Shown piece after piece: positions 58,314 through 64,000 of a DNA stretch of 64,000 bases. The notes under the pieces are model-generated. The model saw only the letters and a list, made by a program, of their open reading frames with translations. It ran no database searches and was not told where the DNA came from. Each line of letters starts with the position of its first letter. The first letter of the stretch is position 1. Position numbers and translations under genes: made by a program. The DNA comes from Octopus vulgaris (Eukaryota), in contig OX597840.1 of the NCBI GenBank assembly GCA_951406725.2, positions 1,240,001 through 1,304,000 of the forward strand. Direction: 5' to 3'.

Positions 58314-59154
58314 TATATATATATATATTATAGGTGTGCGTATGGTATAGATTGATTATATATATTTAGATACATATGGACTTATCTCTACATACGTTCA
58401 TATGACCTTATACGTGAGTATATATGTGTGTGTGTGTGTGTATATGTGCCCATATGTGTGTATATATTTGTTTGTGTAAATGTAGAGCGGTCGATATTAT
58501 CATATAAACACAGCTATGATAATATTGACTTAGATTTCGTATCAGTTTACTTTCCATTGTCATACACTATCGCAAGCACATCACAAACACCCAACTTCGC
58601 CGCCATTTTAACATTCGCTTACAACCCCAATCGCCCGCTTGCTCTCCCTTCCTCTCTCGATCACACATTCATTCTCAAACGCATTTGATCCTACCCTATC
58701 ACTTTTTCCCTAACCCACCTCTCTATCACTAATATTTTCTCCACATACCCTTTACTCATACTATTCCTCTCTCTCTCTCAAACTACGAAGCGACCCACTC
58801 CATTACTAATACCTTCGCTCGCTCCGTCACTCACTCACTCAGCGACGCCATCATAACTCCTTCCTTCATTTACTGTAATAATATTCACATCAGATGAGAT
58901 CGTATTATGATATCAGGTCATGAATAACAAGTTATCTTCAGTAAATCTATTTATTGTTTGAATGTTATGGCAGTCTGTTTGGTATTCATCGACGTAGTAG
59001 AGAGAGATTGTTGCAACAACAAAAACGAGGGCGCGCACGCACACACACACAAACAAACACACATACATATACACATGCACATAGGCCTAAACACTCACAA
59101 CCATACGCACACGCAGAAAACACTAGCCCTCACCCACAGAAATCTATAGGTACA

Positions 59155-59201
<47 letters not shown>

Positions 59202-59220
59202 ATATATATATATGTATGTA

Positions 59221-59269
<49 letters not shown>

Positions 59270-59394
59270 TCGTTCACACATGTATAAATGCTCACATATC
59301 TGAGACTGCGAGTGTATATAGGCTATGTGATAACGTATTAGGTTTACCGTTATGCACAAACACACACACGCAGAAACAATATATATATATATGC

Positions 59395-59465
<71 letters not shown>

Positions 59466-59651
59466 TTTATTTAGTTATTTATTTATGCACACACACAAAT
59501 ATTATATATATATATACATAAATACATACATACATACATATATATATCTATATATATATATATATATAATTATATATATATATATATATTTCTATACATA
59601 TACATATACATATATATATGTGTGTGTATATACATATATATACATTTATAC

Positions 59652-59709
<58 letters not shown>

Positions 59710-59906
59710 TTTGCATGTGTGTGTTGATGTAAGTTGGTTCGCGTATATTTGTGTAGGCGGTGTGTGTGTGCGTGTAAACACACACTATGTATATTTATAA
59801 ACAAAATGCTACAGTTTTTAACATAAGATAAAGACAGTACTCAGTACACGGTGTAGTTACAATTCCCTACTCACATATACATAACACGTATACATACATA
59901 CATACA

Positions 59907-59941
<35 letters not shown>

Positions 59942-60787
59942 GTGTATGAGTGTGAGTGGGTAAATTGTGTGTGTGTACGAGTGTTTGCATACATGCGTAT
60001 CTATATATACATATGCATATATTTCCATATGTACTCGCACACATACACGAGAATACATAAGCATATTGTAACCATTAGAATTTTTTCATTCGTTGGGAAT
60101 AACTAATGGACTTCTGCCTAAGATCTCAGCGCCCCATGACCTCTTATTCCATAGAGCCGCCCACCCCACCACAGACAGTCTTACAAATTTCCATTTAAAT
60201 TTTAGAATAATTGAGTTAGCTATTTCCAACTTACTACGTTTCTGCCGTCTGTGTTTTTACTGCGTTCAATTTATCACTTAAAATTTTCTCATGTTTAAAT
60301 ATTTCATTAATAAGGAATACTATTTAATACTGTATATCTATATGTAGAAGGTTTTTGTCCACTGGCCCTCTCGTCAGAGATAGGTATCTCGTACGGCGTT
60401 CGTTCATTATGTTGTTTTATCGTTATCAATGTCCTGGTTTAGTTTACTCACGATGCTTCAACGTAAGAATTTTTATATTTGAAATTTGTCCTTTAAATTC
60501 GTTCTCATTCCTCTTTAGAAGGCTTTTCTAATCGCCGCAACAATCTTTGATTCTCTGAATATAGGTGACTCATCTCTTTAATACACTCTTTCTTTCCCTC
60601 TTTCTCGCTCTCTCTCTCTTTCTTCCTCTCTCTCCCTCTCTCTCTCTCTCTTTCTCCTTATATATAAACACACACAACGCCCGGTTTGGGAATCGAAACT
60701 GCGATTCTCCGACCGCGAGTCTGCTGCCCGAACTTTTCGGGACATTGCGCCTCCACATATGTATATATAATAATAATAATAATGATG

Positions 60788-60942
<155 letters not shown>

Positions 60943-60954
60943 TTATCTTTATTA

Positions 60955-61068
60955 AGGTGGCAAGCTGGCGGAATCGGGCGAAATGCTTAATGGTATTTCG
61001 TCTGCCGCTACGTTCTGAGTTCAAATTTCGCCGAGGTCGACTTTGCCTTTCATCCTTTCGGGTTCGAT
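60955..61068 (+). mobile_element. Family B SINE 5' fragment; family C head fragment nearby (60665-60757, minus)
   Basis: Head plus start of the Meta domain. Confidence 0.8.
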
Positions 61069-61706
61069 TATATATATATATTCATCACACCGATAGTAAA
61101 ATTCTATATTTTTCTTCTTCTTGCGCATCCTTACCAAAACATAATCTTAATGCTACTACCGAAATGACTGTGATATATACAATGAATCAAGGAAATATCC
61201 GGTGTACACAAGTGAAGTGCATTGGATCAAAATAGCTACCAATGCATCATACTTAATGCATTCACACCGTTGACAGGCAAGTTACTGTCGAGTTTGTCCG
61301 CCCGTAAGAGATGGATCTCTCGGAGGAACACCGCAGTAAATTGCCTGTCAGATAATATGCTAAACAGAAATAATATGCAAATTAGCTGATCCATTTCTCC
61401 GAAGCTACTTGATTTAATATGTATATAAACAGATAGATAATTGCTTCTCCCGGATTGGTTAAGTGATGCAGACTCTTTTGATGAGATGAAAATCAATTAA
61501 GGCTCTTCAGCACCTTTTCAATCTACAAGGAAATAGGTAAATTTAACAAATATATGTCTACTGCGTAATATTACATATATCATACCGTGATTTTATATCG
61601 ATTGGGTTTGCTGTTGACAGGCCTCAGGTAGTTTTTAAATTTATCATACTATGCAAATTAAGAGCTCATGTTCCCTGCAGCTACTTGATTCAATGTGCAT
61701 ATAAAC

Positions 61707-62112
61707 AGGCACAGGAGTGGCTGTGTGGTAAGTAGCTTGCTAACCAACCACATGGTTCCGGGTTCAGTCCCACTGCGTGGCAACTTGGGCAAGTGTCTTC
61801 TATATATCCGGGCCGACCAATGCCTTGTGAGTGAATTTGGTAGACGGAAACTGAAAGAAGCCTGTCGTATATATGTATATATATATGTGTGTGTGTTTGT
61901 GTGACTGTGTTTGTCCCCCTAGCATTGCTTGACAACCGATGCTGGTGTGTTTACGTCCCCGTCACTTAGCGGTTCGGCAAAAGAGAACGATAGAATAAGT
62001 ACTGGGCTTACAAAAGAATAAGGCCCGGGGTCGAGTTGCTCGATTAAAAGGCGGTGCTCCAGCATGGCCGCAGTCAAAGGACTGAAACAAGTAAAAGAAT
62101 AAAAGAATAAAG
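61707..62112 (+). mobile_element. CORE-like SINE (family A)
   Basis: Full head-to-tail match. Confidence 0.9.
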
Positions 62113-62620
62113 AAAAGTATGGCTACTTGTTTTAGAAAGTTTCCGCAAGTGATCAAAAACCGCTTCTGGTGGGTTACCAGAAATGGATGAAAATCGGTTG
62201 AGGTTTTCATTATGGTTTCAATCTGTAAAACATGTTTAGGTTTAATAAATTTCTAAATCTCGCAGAAACTAGTTTCTGGGTGCTGGCCTTGCTGGGTGGA
62301 GGTGTTTATCTGCCCTTTGAAAACATAAGTACACAGGAAATGTGTCAAGGCCATCAGGAAACGGTGTTTCCTAGGGCTAAATAGCAGTAGCATTCTTCCC
62401 TTTCATGGGACTGTCACATTAAGTTGACAACACACTATCACTTTATGTGTAGATTTGTTGGGTTTTAGGACAATTCCTTCGTTTGGACATGTACACAAAT
62501 ACACACACACATACATATATTAATACACACACATATGTATATATATATATATACATATATACATACACACACACATATATATATATATGTATAAATATAT
62601 ATATACATATATATATTTAT

Positions 62621-62810
62621 AGGCGCAGGAATGGCTGTGTGGTAAGTAGCTTGCTTTCCAACCACACGGTTCCGGGTTCAGTCCCACTGCGTGGCACCTT
62701 GGGCAAGGGTCTTCTACAATAGCCTCGGGTCGACCAAAGCCTTGTGAGTGTATTTGGTAGATGGAAACTGAAAGAAGCCCGTCTTATATATTGACATGTA
62801 TCTATCTATC

Positions 62811-62859
<49 letters not shown>

Positions 62860-63075
62860 AAGTTTGTGTGTCTGTCTTTGTCTCCCCAACATCGATTTAC
62901 AACTGATGTTAGTGTGTTTACGTCCCCGTAACATAGCGTCGCGGCAAAAGAGAACCGATAAAATAAGTACTAGGCTTACAAAAAATAAGACCTGGGGTCG
63001 ATTTGCTCGACTAAAAAGGTGGTACTCAGCATGGCCATAGTCAAAATGACTGAAACAAATAAAAAAATAAAAGAT
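62621..63075 (+). mobile_element. CORE-like SINE (family A)
   Basis: Full head-to-tail match. Confidence 0.9.
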
Positions 63076-63502
63076 AAGAATAAATAGATTGTATAGTGTT
63101 GAACAAATAAAAGAGAAGCGCACAACATATTTGATTGGTTCATGGAGAATCTATTTGAGTGTTGCGACTCGAGTTTCGTGCTACTGGTGAGGATAAACGT
63201 ATAAAAAAAGAATAGCTATTTACGTATCATACTTAATATATAATAGATACATCATAACGGGCACATTACCAAAGTACTCCTCCATCAAGAAAAGTTGTTA
63301 TCTCGGATAAATACTGCTGTAACAGGCTTTTCTACGATGTCCATTCTCTCTATATAAAAGTATAATTTAGGGTATTTAAGAGATACCACCACGCTTGAAA
63401 TAGCAGCCAAAACTTGACTCTAAAGCCACATTTAAAATTTATGCAGCACCAGGAGACAAGACAATAAGACAAAATGAACTTGCAAAAAAAATTATCGGAT
63501 AG

Positions 63503-63557
63503 TTCCAGATCCCGGATTTCTGACTCTGCATAAGAAGTATATTCCACTTCAGTGGAA
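63503..63557 (-). ncRNA. Decayed or variant hammerhead-like motif in a pseudo-LTR-like relic
   Basis: UUCCA CUGAAGU (poor stem II) GAAA UCC G GGA UC UGGAA: stems I and III intact, A9 changed. Confidence 0.5.
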
Positions 63558-63577
63558 TATACACTGCACATAAATAC

Positions 63578-63695
<118 letters not shown>

Positions 63696-64000
63696 AACAT
63701 ATAATTTTAATAATAATTATTACCTTTCAAGGTTTTTATTCCCATGCTGGCCACTTGGTAAGTTGATATTTAAATATGGATCTTATCCTTATTTATATAT
63801 ATGTATGTATGTATGTATATATATATATATTTATATATATATATATACATACATTCAAGGCATATACATTGTTGTGATCTGTTAATGGTTCACCATCTAA
63901 AGCTATTTTTATATAGTTCTTTTGAATGTATTTTAATCTTTGCATTTTTAAGTCAAATTAATATAGTTTGAGTTTTGATGCTGTCGAGCTTTATTCATTT

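Overview
AT-rich eukaryotic DNA dominated by microsatellites ((TA)n, (CA)n, (CTAT)n, (AAT)n, (GAA)n, (CAT)n) and decayed transposable elements. The SINE repertoire and repeat load suggest a coleoid cephalopod, probably Octopus (inference). No intact host protein-coding gene can be supported, and nearly all ORFs in the track are simple-repeat artefacts. Recognisable elements: three tRNA-derived SINE families (CORE-like, Meta-domain and tRNA-Arg-like head); R4/Dong-type, RTE and CR1-type LINE fragments; Tc1 and mariner relics; Helitron-like non-autonomous elements; and two fragments of Naiad-type Penelope-like elements (PLEs). The main hidden signal is a dense set of type I hammerhead-ribozyme (HHR) motifs from about nine sequence families, mostly in PLE pseudo-LTR relics next to (TA)n and often in fold-back structures. 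These include a near-perfect 599-bp palindrome with an HHR on each strand and a tRNA-headed element ending in an HHR-bearing tail. One Naiad relic has TGA at the first Cys of its CxCX5C motif, a position where selenocysteine recoding is known in this clade. All folds and translations were done by eye.
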